The notes below the pieces were generated by a model, which did no database searches, was not told the origin of the DNA, and saw only the letters and a program-made list of their open reading frames with translations. A stretch of DNA of 64,000 bases from a virus. The stretch lies in the IMG/VR virus record IMGVR_UViG_3300032805_000001, positions 1-64,000 of that record; one strand, given 5' to 3'. Shown in pieces: positions 26,301 through 34,065 of this stretch (the stretch's first letter is position 1; each line of letters begins with the position of its first letter). The position numbers were made by a program, and so were the translations under genes.

Positions 26301-26800
26301 GGAAAGCCGCCAAGAAGCAGCGGCGAGAACTCGGCGACGCGATCCTCAAGGGTGCCATCAGCGTTGAGGATGCCCAGCGCCGGCTCGGCCTCAACCCGGA
26401 CACCGTGATGGAGCGGGTGCCGGTCACCAAGGCGGCCTCCGTCCAGGGTGAGGTGGTGACCCCGGAAGCCAGCAAGGCGTTCGACCCGGACCTCATCAAG
26501 TCCGCCGTCGCCGAAGCGCAGGCACCGCTCCTGGAACGCCTCGACGCCCAGCAGCGTCTCCTCGACGCCATGGCCGACCAGCCCGACCCCCGCGTCGCCG
26601 CCTACCGCGGCGTCGCCCTCACCAAAACTTCAGCCCCGGCGGGGCTGCTGAACAATCCCGAACGCCCGGCGGGCGTCCAGGACGCGGCCTACAGGGCCAT
26701 GCACGACCAGTGGAAGCACAGCCCCGACCCCGAACTTCGCGAAAACGCCCTCGCGTTCCTCATGAAGCACACGGGCCTAAGCCAGAACACGAAAGCATGA
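23393..26800 (+). CDS. Prohead (capsid maturation) protease fused to scaffold, with zinc ribbons
   Basis: LYVYGKAT..DVDSDEQVV, NIRVQH, LRAFSVGI, EISLVDRPAN; CxxCxGxG and CxxC ribbons; strong AAGGAGG RBS before ATG 23975 suggests the protease start; directly upstream of capsid gene. Confidence 0.85.
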   Translation: MPLAGLPGGDRVGSPPGTAPVRGPGGLFAGRTPASGGASGGSSGSGDSTAPQTGQQATGTRTDTTGGGGGGGHADGQQPHDHPPHLPATGTTQQPPATGTTAQPPAQAAPEPRDTPQSRKLEQQIAELRDKLKNVQDRLAGEGTPATESGLIHQQETLDLQIKELEAAAAHLRREAGANPETKATAPHISKEAGMAATATAELTYATFPIEKMEEEDGTLYVYGKATTPDVDSDEQVVDSSWSGSAMKTWFETGPNIRVQHNGQRDPAGSGVKIEIDRDGDGAHWVKAAIDEPIAQRLVKKGHLRAFSVGIAKPVIIRDVTGKARGGIIKGGELAEISLVDRPANRSCYVELAKAAADGHCEFTGKTIGADLLTKGEDTVNVDVPKSASITFSPGDLAKLLGHRRTAEDREQAALTPDVAKRDFDRNVGGGVDRDKIPDADFAGRNRSFPIVTPGDVSDALHSIGRAGADNYDANTLHANILRIARRKGFPVPDSAKKPKKKKEKSMGEPQVTVAEPEEVKGSKCATCNGTGKIRGGHVDCPDCDGGSAPSGGSSEKADLSASAPAGTEATKSDGGDGDAPQLHHDDGDDDDTDSDADAMDKGAAPEKTAVPDMAKKPKIPCPKCKGMNKAKAKFCGKCGTAMAAEKASKPTPGDGVTGEHTEPAPPHREPDGPAIESLEHDAGLPTTPDSSVKADEAMLVAARHKTVGADREMGMLHDLTCAAYDPAAVAKSYDGVDFSAINVATWLDKTLTLAASAPLEQAREAGRLVETAVTLKAIAPDLADELRHEAHKAFRDANPGPAHAPTPTEISAQRFNRPLITDGRAAPSPDQKPPNKAPIHPGHIAAADFHRDLITAGHAADSPDNDSARPEPVPAPEVPGVPSRVYYTRVQRQNAAQAMRSMHDHIAATFPDLCPMHGPGRMGEPPSHARPVPVGVGGPVPHGATKAAEPAPAGPDEFDRAEAEARAARKAAKKQRRELGDAILKGAISVEDAQRRLGLNPDTVMERVPVTKAASVQGEVVTPEASKAFDPDLIKSAVAEAQAPLLERLDAQQRLLDAMADQPDPRVAAYRGVALTKTSAPAGLLNNPERPAGVQDAAYRAMHDQWKHSPDPELRENALAFLMKHTGLSQNTKA

Positions 26801-26839
26801 CGCCGCCACGCGGCGCACCGCACAGAAAGGAGCCGGCCA

Positions 26840-29784
26840 ATGGCCGACCTCCTCGAAGACATCCGCCCTGACGGCACGCCCCAGGCCCCGGATGCCCTCA
26901 GCAACGCGCTCTACGGACGCGCTGCCCAGCCTGTCGACCAGGCTGACATCGCCCGGTACAACACCACCGGCGACGCCCTCAGGTCCGTGATGCCCGACCT
27001 CGTGAAAGGCGCCGGATTCGCCGCCAAGGGCGGCAACCAGCCCCTGTCCGACCCGGCCGATATCACCCTCCGCGCCTCGATGGCCACCACCGAACTCCGC
27101 AGCGCCGTCTACCAGGGCTTCCACGGCAAATCCAGCGTCGTGAAGTCGTTCAACCCGGGCTTCATGTCCCAGTTCGGGGCTCTCCAGACCGCGCTGTCCG
27201 CGCCGAGCGTGGGGGAGCAGGTCGCCCAGGTCCTCGGGCAGGTCAACCCGGACCTCACCAGGTCGTTTACCGCTGGGAACCTCGGTATCGGCTCGGTGTC
27301 CGGTTTGACCCCTTTCAACCTCCTTGCGCCTTCGAGGTTGGTTTATCCGGTTTACACCGTTTACAGGAACAAGTTTCCCCGGCCGGCAGGCCAGGGCGCG
27401 TCCCTGATCGAGCGGCTGTTCACCGGCATCAGCGGCAGCCAGACCGGCGGCCAGTCCGTCAAGGACATCTCCCTGTCCGAACTCGTCGGCGGCTCCAGCT
27501 TCGGCACGTGGCCGCTGAGCCTGCCCGCTGCGGGCAGCCAGACCGAAACCACCATCAACGTCCCTTAATTTGGTAGGGGCCTCGCATCGTGAGGTGCGAG
27601 TGAAAACCGCGAGAACTGCTGGAAAGCCCGAGCCACCTGCCTAGGCCACAACGTGGGGCGAAAGCCCGAGCGTGACGGCTTGAAAACTTAGGCAGCAGAG
27701 GGGTAATCAGCAGCCGAGCCCGCCTGGGACCTCATCCCTTTCGGGCGCTGCCCCTTGAGGCGTCGCATCTCAAGGAAGTAGCGCTCCCGCATCACCAACT
27801 GCTCTGGAGTGAGAGGCCGGCCGGGGATACGTCCCCCCGCTGTCATGGCGGCCTGGAACTCCATCAGCATGAGAGCTTGCGGCTTCTTGAGGATGAGGTA
27901 AGACACGACCTGCTCCATCAGTTCGGCGGCGATCTTCGCCTGCCAACTGATCCTGTATGCCTGCTTGACCATGTTCGCCGTCGGCTTCTTGATCATTATG
28001 TGACGGTCATAGAGCCTGGCCAGATGCTCGATCGACTCACGTTCCGACATCTGGACCTCAACCTTGGCGAAATAGCGCGGATTACCATTCTTGATGTGAG
28101 GCGCTGGCCGTACTCTCTCGATGGTGATCACGCCATCGGCGTCAAGGATTCCGGCTAGGTAAGCCAGGTCTGTGTCTTTAACTGGATACATGCTCTGAGC
28201 ATATACCATGTAAATCCCGACGGGATGGTTCAGAGAGCATGCACGCGGAATCTCAATGAGATTGTGATGTGCTCCGACCTCACGTGAGAGCGTGAGAGAC
28301 CAGCGGAAACGACTGGTCCCGTCATTCCTTGAATGGATGGCGAGTAACAAATGTGTACCGCTTCCTCGGAATCACCGAACAGCTCTCGTGGCTGGCCCAG
28401 TTCTCGGGTCAGGGCTACGAGGACATTTCCGCCCTAGCATCCCTGATAATGCTTCAGGAAATGATGTTGGGGGAAGAATATATGCTCATTGCCGGCAGTT
28501 CTTCCACCCTCACCGCCCCCGCTGCGCCGACTGTCACGCGGCGCACTGCTGGGTCGAATGAGACCTCGGTGGGGGCGAACACCTATTACAAGGTGTTTGT
28601 GACGGCGACGAACTTCTTCGGTGAGACGATCGCGTCTGCCGTGGGGGATGCGAGCGCTACGACGGCCGGTCAGGTTGTGGATGTGACGATCTCGCCGGTT
28701 CAGGGTGCGATGAACTACAACATCTACGTGTCCACGCAGTCGTCTGCGCTGACCGCGAATGAGTATCTCGCGGCGTCTGGTGTGGGCGGCACGAAGTACA
28801 CCTTGCAGGGCACCCCGCCCAGTTCGGGTACTACGCCGCCCGCGGCGGATTCGGGTACGGGGGCGAACACCCGGTTCGAGGGTGTCATCCCCACCCTGTC
28901 CGGGCTGTCCGCTGAGGCGGGCATCTACCCGACCTCGCCGACTCCGTGGCAGGCGGGCTACTACAACAACAACGTCCAGACCCACCTGTCCTACAACGCG
29001 ATTTACACGGCGCTGAAGAACCTGTGGCAGTCGACGTCGACGAACCCGGGTGGTTTCCGGGCTGACCCGGCGGAGATCGTCAGCAGCGGTATCGACATCG
29101 CGAACCTGTCCAACGACGTCATCAACCAGGGCGCCGGCACGAACTACCAGTTGTTCATCCAGCAGGGCAACGTCGGTGATGTGACTGTCGGCGCGGCGGT
29201 GAGCCAGTTCCAGAACCCGCTGACCCGCAGCCTGCTCAAGATGGTCGTGCACCCCTGGTACACCCAGGGTAACGCGACGCTGCTCTCTTATCAGCTTCCT
29301 CAGACGTGGACGAACGTCGCGAACGCCTGGGAAGTGTCGACGGTGCAGGACTACGTGTCCATTGAGGCCCAGTTCTCGCTGAACTAGGGCAAGGTGGCGC
29401 GGCCGGGTGACCGGTCGTGGAAAACGGCACTGTTCGGGGAACCCCTCCACTACGTGGGGAATCCCGAGCTGCGGCGATGCCTGCCGCAGTGTAGAGACTG
29501 TACGTGCCGGATCTGTGTTATGGACGACCGCGCGAGGCATTGCGTGCGGTCGGCCGCAGATCGTGAGACAGGCCGATCTGCATCGATGGCAAAGATGCAG
29601 AAGCGGGCAGAAATGACCCGCTCGCTCACCGTAACGGTGAGAGGTAACAGAATGCGCGTGGCCCGTTATCGACGCAACGTTCAGGTATAGCATCTTTAGT
29701 TACGAAGCGCTAGTGAGCCATGCCCCTTGGTACTCAGCGCAGCTATCTGGGCTCCAGAACAGTGACTCCCCGCCTTATTCGTAA
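26840..29784 (+). CDS. Major capsid protein, three exons (26840-27565, 28356-29362, 29655-29784; 620 aa spliced)
   Basis: Position after protease; AAAGGAG RBS; splicing restores ...TINVP|YRFLGITE... and ...QDYVSI|AWPVIDATFRYS... in frame. Confidence 0.85.
27566..28355 (+). ncRNA. Group I intron 1 in capsid gene (790 nt, carries a homing endonuclease)
   Basis: 5' exon ends in U, intron ends in G; P1 CCCU/GGGG with U-G at the splice site; P10 GGUA/UACC; P4 CUGCUG/CAGCAG; P3 CCGCG/CGCGG; P7 GAGAGCA/UGCUCC. Confidence 0.9.
27688..28191 (-). CDS. Single-motif LAGLIDADG homing endonuclease, antisense within intron 1
   Basis: YLAGILDADG, V..YLILKKPQA; TATGCT 6 nt before ATG on the minus strand. 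Confidence 0.9.
   Translation of the reverse strand: MYPVKDTDLAYLAGILDADGVITIERVRPAPHIKNGNPRYFAKVEVQMSERESIEHLARLYDRHIMIKKPTANMVKQAYRISWQAKIAAELMEQVVSYLILKKPQALMLMEFQAAMTAGGRIPGRPLTPEQLVMRERYFLEMRRLKGQRPKGMRSQAGSAADYPSAA
29363..29654 (+). ncRNA. Group I intron 2 in capsid gene (292 nt, ORF-less)
   Basis: Exon CCAU| pairs with GUGG; P3 CGGCAC/GUGCCG; P4 GUUCGGG/CCCGAGC; P7 GAGACUG/CAGGCC; terminal ...AAUG; removal restores the frame. Confidence 0.85.
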
Positions 29785-29852
29785 CACCGAACATCGAGTT
29801 AGTGTTATAGTTTCTCCATGAGCGGGCACCCTGCCCGTGAAAAGGGGAAACG

Positions 29853-31286
29853 ATGGGAAGACGGCCCGACCTTGGACGCCGCCAGGAGCGCCAGCAGGCG
29901 TTCCTAGCGGCGTTCGCCGAAACCGGCATCGCCAGCCTTGCGGCCCAGCGGAGCGGCATCCCCGGACCGCAGCACTACAACTGGCTCAAGCGAGACGCCG
30001 ACTATGCCTCGCGCTTCGCTGAACTGCGAGGCAAGACGAGAGAGATCGCCGATCAGAACGCCAGGCCGCACGGCCCGGCACCCGGCACCCGGCAAGGAGG
30101 CAGGCGGCCAGCAGATCGCCTGCACCGCCAGGAATGCTTTCTTGAAGCGATCAGCCACGGACTCAGCATCATGGCCGCAGCACGTGAAACCGGCATGGGT
30201 GCCCCGACTAGCCACTATCAGTGGATTGCCAGCGACGAGAGTTATGCCGAACGTTTCCGTGACCTGTACGAACGTACGACAGAACTGCGTCGCACCAGCA
30301 TTTCACGGACGCTCAGAGAAGTTGCCGCAGTCACCTGGAGCAAGCCGGCCGCCCGGGACCAGTTCAATGCAGCGCAGCGTCGGCGCCGCACAGCGGAAAG
30401 CGGCGCACTGAATGAAACGCACCGGCAAGGGCCGTTCCTTGCGATCATCAGTCAGGGGATACCCCTTCAGGCTGCTGTGCGCGACGCCGGGATCACCAAG
30501 ACAATCCACCGTCAGTGGCTCGCCAGTGACCCCGCCTACGCTGCTGCGTTTCAGCAGGCATACGAGCAGAGTGCCGGACTGCGCACTCGAGTGATCAGTG
30601 AGATGCACAGCCGGGCGTCAGAAGCTCGCTGGGAAGATCCCGATGCTCGCGCAAAGATGAGAGAGCGGCATCGCGAATACTGGACGCCTGAACGCCGCGA
30701 GGAGTTCGCGCAGCAGATGCGTGAACGGTTCAAGAACGACCCCAGGCGGCGCGAGCAGCTTCTGGCGGCTGCTCGCGCCTGGTGGGACCGCCCCGACTCC
30801 CGTGCCATCAACAGCGAGCGAATGAAACGGCTCTGGGCGGATCCAGAGTACCGGCAGAGGTATCAGGCGGCCATCGACAACCCCGAGCGCCGGGAGCGCC
30901 TCAGTGAGGCGGCCAAGGCACAGTGGGCGGCGCTGACGCCAGAGGAGCAGGAAGCAAAGCTCCGCCACATGCGCCGCGCCTTCAAGGGCGGTCACAAGCT
31001 CACGTCCATCGAGTCGGCAGTCATGCTGGCCCTAAACGACCGTGAACTGCCCTATGTCGTACACAAGCAAATCGGCCGCTACATAGCCGACATTCTCATT
31101 CCATCGCTGCACCTCGTCATCGAATGCGACGGCGCGTGGTTCCACGTGCAGCGCCGTTCCAGCGACGAGGAGCGGGATGCAGAGTTGCGGGCCCTCGGGT
31201 TCGCCACGCTCAGGCTCTCCGAAGAGGAGATCAAGGCTCAGGACTGGAGCCGGCTGGACGAGAAGCTCACTGCACTCGCTCAGTAA
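29853..31286 (+). CDS. Free-standing DUF559/Vsr-like endonuclease with three HTH repeats and helical W-D-P-E repeats
   Basis: C-terminal IGRYIADI...LVIECDGAWFH...DEERDAELRALGF..LRLSE; three FL.A...AA...G....H..W...D..YA..F repeats. Confidence 0.8.
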   Translation: MGRRPDLGRRQERQQAFLAAFAETGIASLAAQRSGIPGPQHYNWLKRDADYASRFAELRGKTREIADQNARPHGPAPGTRQGGRRPADRLHRQECFLEAISHGLSIMAAARETGMGAPTSHYQWIASDESYAERFRDLYERTTELRRTSISRTLREVAAVTWSKPAARDQFNAAQRRRRTAESGALNETHRQGPFLAIISQGIPLQAAVRDAGITKTIHRQWLASDPAYAAAFQQAYEQSAGLRTRVISEMHSRASEARWEDPDARAKMRERHREYWTPERREEFAQQMRERFKNDPRRREQLLAAARAWWDRPDSRAINSERMKRLWADPEYRQRYQAAIDNPERRERLSEAAKAQWAALTPEEQEAKLRHMRRAFKGGHKLTSIESAVMLALNDRELPYVVHKQIGRYIADILIPSLHLVIECDGAWFHVQRRSSDEERDAELRALGFATLRLSEEEIKAQDWSRLDEKLTALAQ

Positions 31287-31295
31287 GAACCGTTC

Positions 31296-31336
31296 GCGAA
31301 ACCCCCTGGAGGCATCCCGCCGCCGGGGGGTTTCGC
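31296..31336 (+). terminator. Stable hairpin/probable terminator
   Basis: GCGAAACCCCCTGG...CCGGGGGGTTTCGC inverted repeat. Confidence 0.55.
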
Positions 31337-31358
31337 ATGCAACCCGGAAGGACCGGCC

Positions 31359-31670
31359 GTGCCCATTTACGATGCTGGCTCTCTTGCATTCCAGGGCCCA
31401 ACATCCGTCACGACGTCTCCGACGTCCATCTTCAGCCTCAGCCCTGGTGGCACGGCCCTGACTTCCCCCCGGGACGTGACCGTCATCAACCAGGGCACGG
31501 TGAACACCATCTACGTCGGCGGCACCGCAGTCACCCAGTACTCGGGTGTGCCGGTCGGCCCCGGTTCGCAGCTCACCGTGCAGGGCACTGCTGTGGCCCT
31601 GTCGGCGTGCACGTCGACGAGCACGAGCAATGTGATCGCGGGGCTCGCTTCCGTCGCTTCGGTGGTCTGA
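31359..31670 (+). CDS. Small virion protein (paralog 1)
   Basis: V.NQG...IYVGG..VT motif shared with the next two ORFs. Confidence 0.65.
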   Translation: MPIYDAGSLAFQGPTSVTTSPTSIFSLSPGGTALTSPRDVTVINQGTVNTIYVGGTAVTQYSGVPVGPGSQLTVQGTAVALSACTSTSTSNVIAGLASVASVV

Positions 31671-31674
31671 ACCG

Positions 31675-32175
31675 ATGGCGATCACGCCTGTCAGTGCGAC
31701 GATCCCCACCGTCATTTTCGTCCCTCCTACGGCTGGGACACCGCACGCCTTTCTGTATAACAGCGGGCCGTCGCCGGTGTATCTGGGCGGGTCCGGGGTG
31801 TCGACGTCGGTGGGGTTCGCGCTGGCAGCAGGCGACAAGATGAACCTTGCCTATAACGGGGGGACGATCTGGGCGATCTCCGGGTATCAGACGGCTTCCC
31901 CGGCGGGGACGGTGATCACTGCGGCGACGACGCTGGGCGGGACGACGCTGACCACTGCGGGGGGGACGGCTTCGACTAGCCAGTTCACTGCCGGTATGTG
32001 GCTGGTGGTTGAGTCTGGGACGCCACGGCAGGAGATCGCCCAGGTGAACGGTACCAACGCGGGTTCGGTGTTCACGAACGGGCCGCTGACGTATTCCCAT
32101 GGGACGGCGAGCACGTTTTCGCAGATCACGTCCGCGCCGGCAGTGGTGAGGACATCCCAGGTTGGGACGACCTGA
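31675..32175 (+). CDS. Small virion protein (paralog 2, with insertion)
   Basis: LYNSG...VYLGG..VS motif. Confidence 0.65.
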   Translation: MAITPVSATIPTVIFVPPTAGTPHAFLYNSGPSPVYLGGSGVSTSVGFALAAGDKMNLAYNGGTIWAISGYQTASPAGTVITAATTLGGTTLTTAGGTASTSQFTAGMWLVVESGTPRQEIAQVNGTNAGSVFTNGPLTYSHGTASTFSQITSAPAVVRTSQVGTT

Positions 32176-32450
32176 TGATCGAGCCGCTCGGGGTGAGTGT
32201 CGCCGGGACGGCCCCGGTGCTGCTTGCGACTGTCCCGCCGGGGCCGGCGTCGATCGTGATCACTAACGGTGGTACGGCGGCCCTGTATGTAGGCGCCGGG
32301 ACTGCGGCTACCACGGCGAGTGGTGCCCCGGTCCCGGCGTCGGGGGTGGTGCCTTTGGGGCAGTTCTCGTCGTCGACGGCGACGAAGCTGTGGGGGATCA
32401 CCTCGGGCGGCACGGTTTCGGCGGGCGTGTTCATCTCGACGGGGGCGTGA
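32175..32450 (+). CDS. Small virion protein (paralog 3)
   Basis: ITNGG...LYVGA motif; TGATG coupling. Confidence 0.6.
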   Translation: MIEPLGVSVAGTAPVLLATVPPGPASIVITNGGTAALYVGAGTAATTASGAPVPASGVVPLGQFSSSTATKLWGITSGGTVSAGVFISTGA

Positions 32451-32451
32451 C

Positions 32452-32802
32452 GTGAGCCGCACCGTAACTCTCCCGCCCGGCTGCGCTGGTTTCACCATGC
32501 AGGACGGCACCCAGTACCGGGGCCGTGAAGGCGGCAGCGTCACCGTCACTGACGAGCACGCCCCGCATATTCAGCGGCAGGTCGGCGGGGATGCGGGCCT
32601 GGTCGGATCGGCGGCGTTCCGCCAGTTCGCGGGGACGCGGGACGGCCGCTGGTGCGAGCCATGCCGGTTCTTGGCTCAGCGCTGGTCGGTGGTCTGCCCG
32701 CGCTGTGGCCGGGACACGATTCCCGAGGCGGAGATGCCAGAGCCGCCGAAGGCGGACATGCCGTCAGACTGCGCGGTGATCGCTATGACCGTGGTCGCGT
32801 GA
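32452..32802 (+). CDS. Hypothetical protein with zinc ribbon
   Basis: GTG 32452; CEPC...CPRCG. Confidence 0.55.
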   Translation: MSRTVTLPPGCAGFTMQDGTQYRGREGGSVTVTDEHAPHIQRQVGGDAGLVGSAAFRQFAGTRDGRWCEPCRFLAQRWSVVCPRCGRDTIPEAEMPEPPKADMPSDCAVIAMTVVA

Positions 32803-33235
32803 GGTTGGCCACCAGGTTTCCGAGCATCTGCTCCTCGGATGGCCCGGTGACGGTCGCCACCTCGGGCTTGCCGGTGATGACGAGGCCTTCGCCAACTGAG
32901 ATGGTGTTCACGCATTCCTCGGCTTCCCAGTCGCCGCCGCAGTGCACCTTGAGCAGCATCGACGGGGCGATGTGCACGAGGACGCCAAGCGCGTCAGCGA
33001 CGTCCTTGACGGTGTAGTCCCGTTCGGCGAGGTTCCCGCAGCGGTTCATCTGCGGGGCGGGCCATGCACCAAGCCCGAAGAGTGACGGGCGTTCCGTGCT
33101 GAAGCTGAGGCAGGAGTAGGGCTCGCTCCAGCCCGGCCAGTCGAATGCGTCGCCGCGGTCGAGCAGGTCCCGCAGGGCGCGGGCGTGGTCTTCCGTCATC
33201 GTGCCGGTGATGTTCACCGTGCGCCAGTTACCCAT
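32783..33235 (-). CDS. Hypothetical protein (reverse-strand insert)
   Basis: 150 aa with coding-like codon usage on the minus strand. Confidence 0.6.
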   Translation of the reverse strand: MGNWRTVNITGTMTEDHARALRDLLDRGDAFDWPGWSEPYSCLSFSTERPSLFGLGAWPAPQMNRCGNLAERDYTVKDVADALGVLVHIAPSMLLKVHCGGDWEAEECVNTISVGEGLVITGKPEVATVTGPSEEQMLGNLVANLTRPRS

Positions 33236-33267
33236 CTACTCATCATCAAGCACAGAAGGAGAATCTC

Positions 33268-33909
33268 TTGACGATTTACGCCAGGTCAGACCTGGCCTTC
33301 GTGTCTATTTCCCAGGCTCACGGAGGCTGCGGCCAGCCGCATCGCCGACCCGTTGAGCGTGGGGCACCGGCCAAGCTCTGGGCCTTGACCTGCGGTGGCG
33401 GCTGCGAGGATCATCTTCGCGGCGACCCGCTGTGGTCCACGACTATCTCTGAGATCCCCGAGACCCATGACGAGAAGAACGTCCGCGAGGACTGGGAGAA
33501 GCGTGGTGCCCAGGACCGGGACGCGATCATGCCTGTTCTGCTGGCGAAGCTCGCCGGTGTGGACGTGAGCCAGCTTCCTGAGTCTCTTACCCGGGCGATT
33601 TCTGGTGCGTCGCTGCACATTCCGGGGGTGCTGGAGTGCCCGAAGGGGCATGCGCAGCCGTCTGGGCAGGATTTTTGCGGGAAGTGCGGGGCGCCGATGC
33701 ATGAGCGGGCGGCGACTGGGGTGCTTCCGGTGGCTGAGGTACGCGAGCCGGCGGCTGAGGTGCGTATCCCGGATGCGCCTAAGCGGGAGCTGGCGGACCT
33801 GCATCCGCAGAAGCTGCGGAAGATGTGCCGGGAGCGAGGCCTGTCTGACTCTGGGACGCGACCGGAGATGATCGCCCGGCTCGAGGCGGCGAAGAGGGTG
33901 GCAGCCTAG
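33268..33909 (+). CDS. Protein with zinc ribbon and C-terminal SAP-like domain
   Basis: CPKGH...FCGKCG; LADL..QKLRKMCRERGLSDSGTRPEMIARL matches the SAP pattern. Confidence 0.65.
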   Translation: MTIYARSDLAFVSISQAHGGCGQPHRRPVERGAPAKLWALTCGGGCEDHLRGDPLWSTTISEIPETHDEKNVREDWEKRGAQDRDAIMPVLLAKLAGVDVSQLPESLTRAISGASLHIPGVLECPKGHAQPSGQDFCGKCGAPMHERAATGVLPVAEVREPAAEVRIPDAPKRELADLHPQKLRKMCRERGLSDSGTRPEMIARLEAAKRVAA

Positions 33910-33918
33910 CTCGTTCAC

Positions 33919-34035
33919 TGCGGGAGGCCGGGCGGGCTTCGATCCCGCAAATGTCCCGATACCAGCCGCGCCTACTCGTGCACGTTTCAGCTTGGCCACA
34001 CGGTGCCCTGCCAATTGGGCTACCGGCCTCCCGCA
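33919..34035 (-). ncRNA. tRNA-like RNA with enlarged anticodon region
   Basis: Acceptor AGGCCGG/CCGGCCT extended to 13 bp; U8A9; D-arm GCCC-AATTGGCA-GGGC; T-arm GCGGG-ATCGAAG-CCCGC; about 55 nt between the arms; TATGCT -10 at 34046-34041. Confidence 0.7.
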
Positions 34036-34065
34036 CTACGAGCATAGACAGGGGGCGATCTCCCC

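Noticed and set aside
27461-27478. Self-target of guide 3 in the capsid gene (AAGGACATCT)
   Set aside because: Only spacer A plus one base match; the spacer B half does not.
26840-29387. Capsid pseudogene or two separate genes
   Set aside because: The stops at 27566 and 29385 fall inside group I introns; splicing restores one frame.
29394-29690. 98-aa ORF in intron 2
   Set aside because: Overlaps ribozyme core elements, has no recognisable motif or RBS.
33919-34035. Functional tRNA, tmRNA or YrlA Y RNA
   Set aside because: No 7-nt anticodon loop on a 5-bp stem or CCA; too short for tmRNA; arm order is normal D-then-T rather than the permuted YrlA layout.
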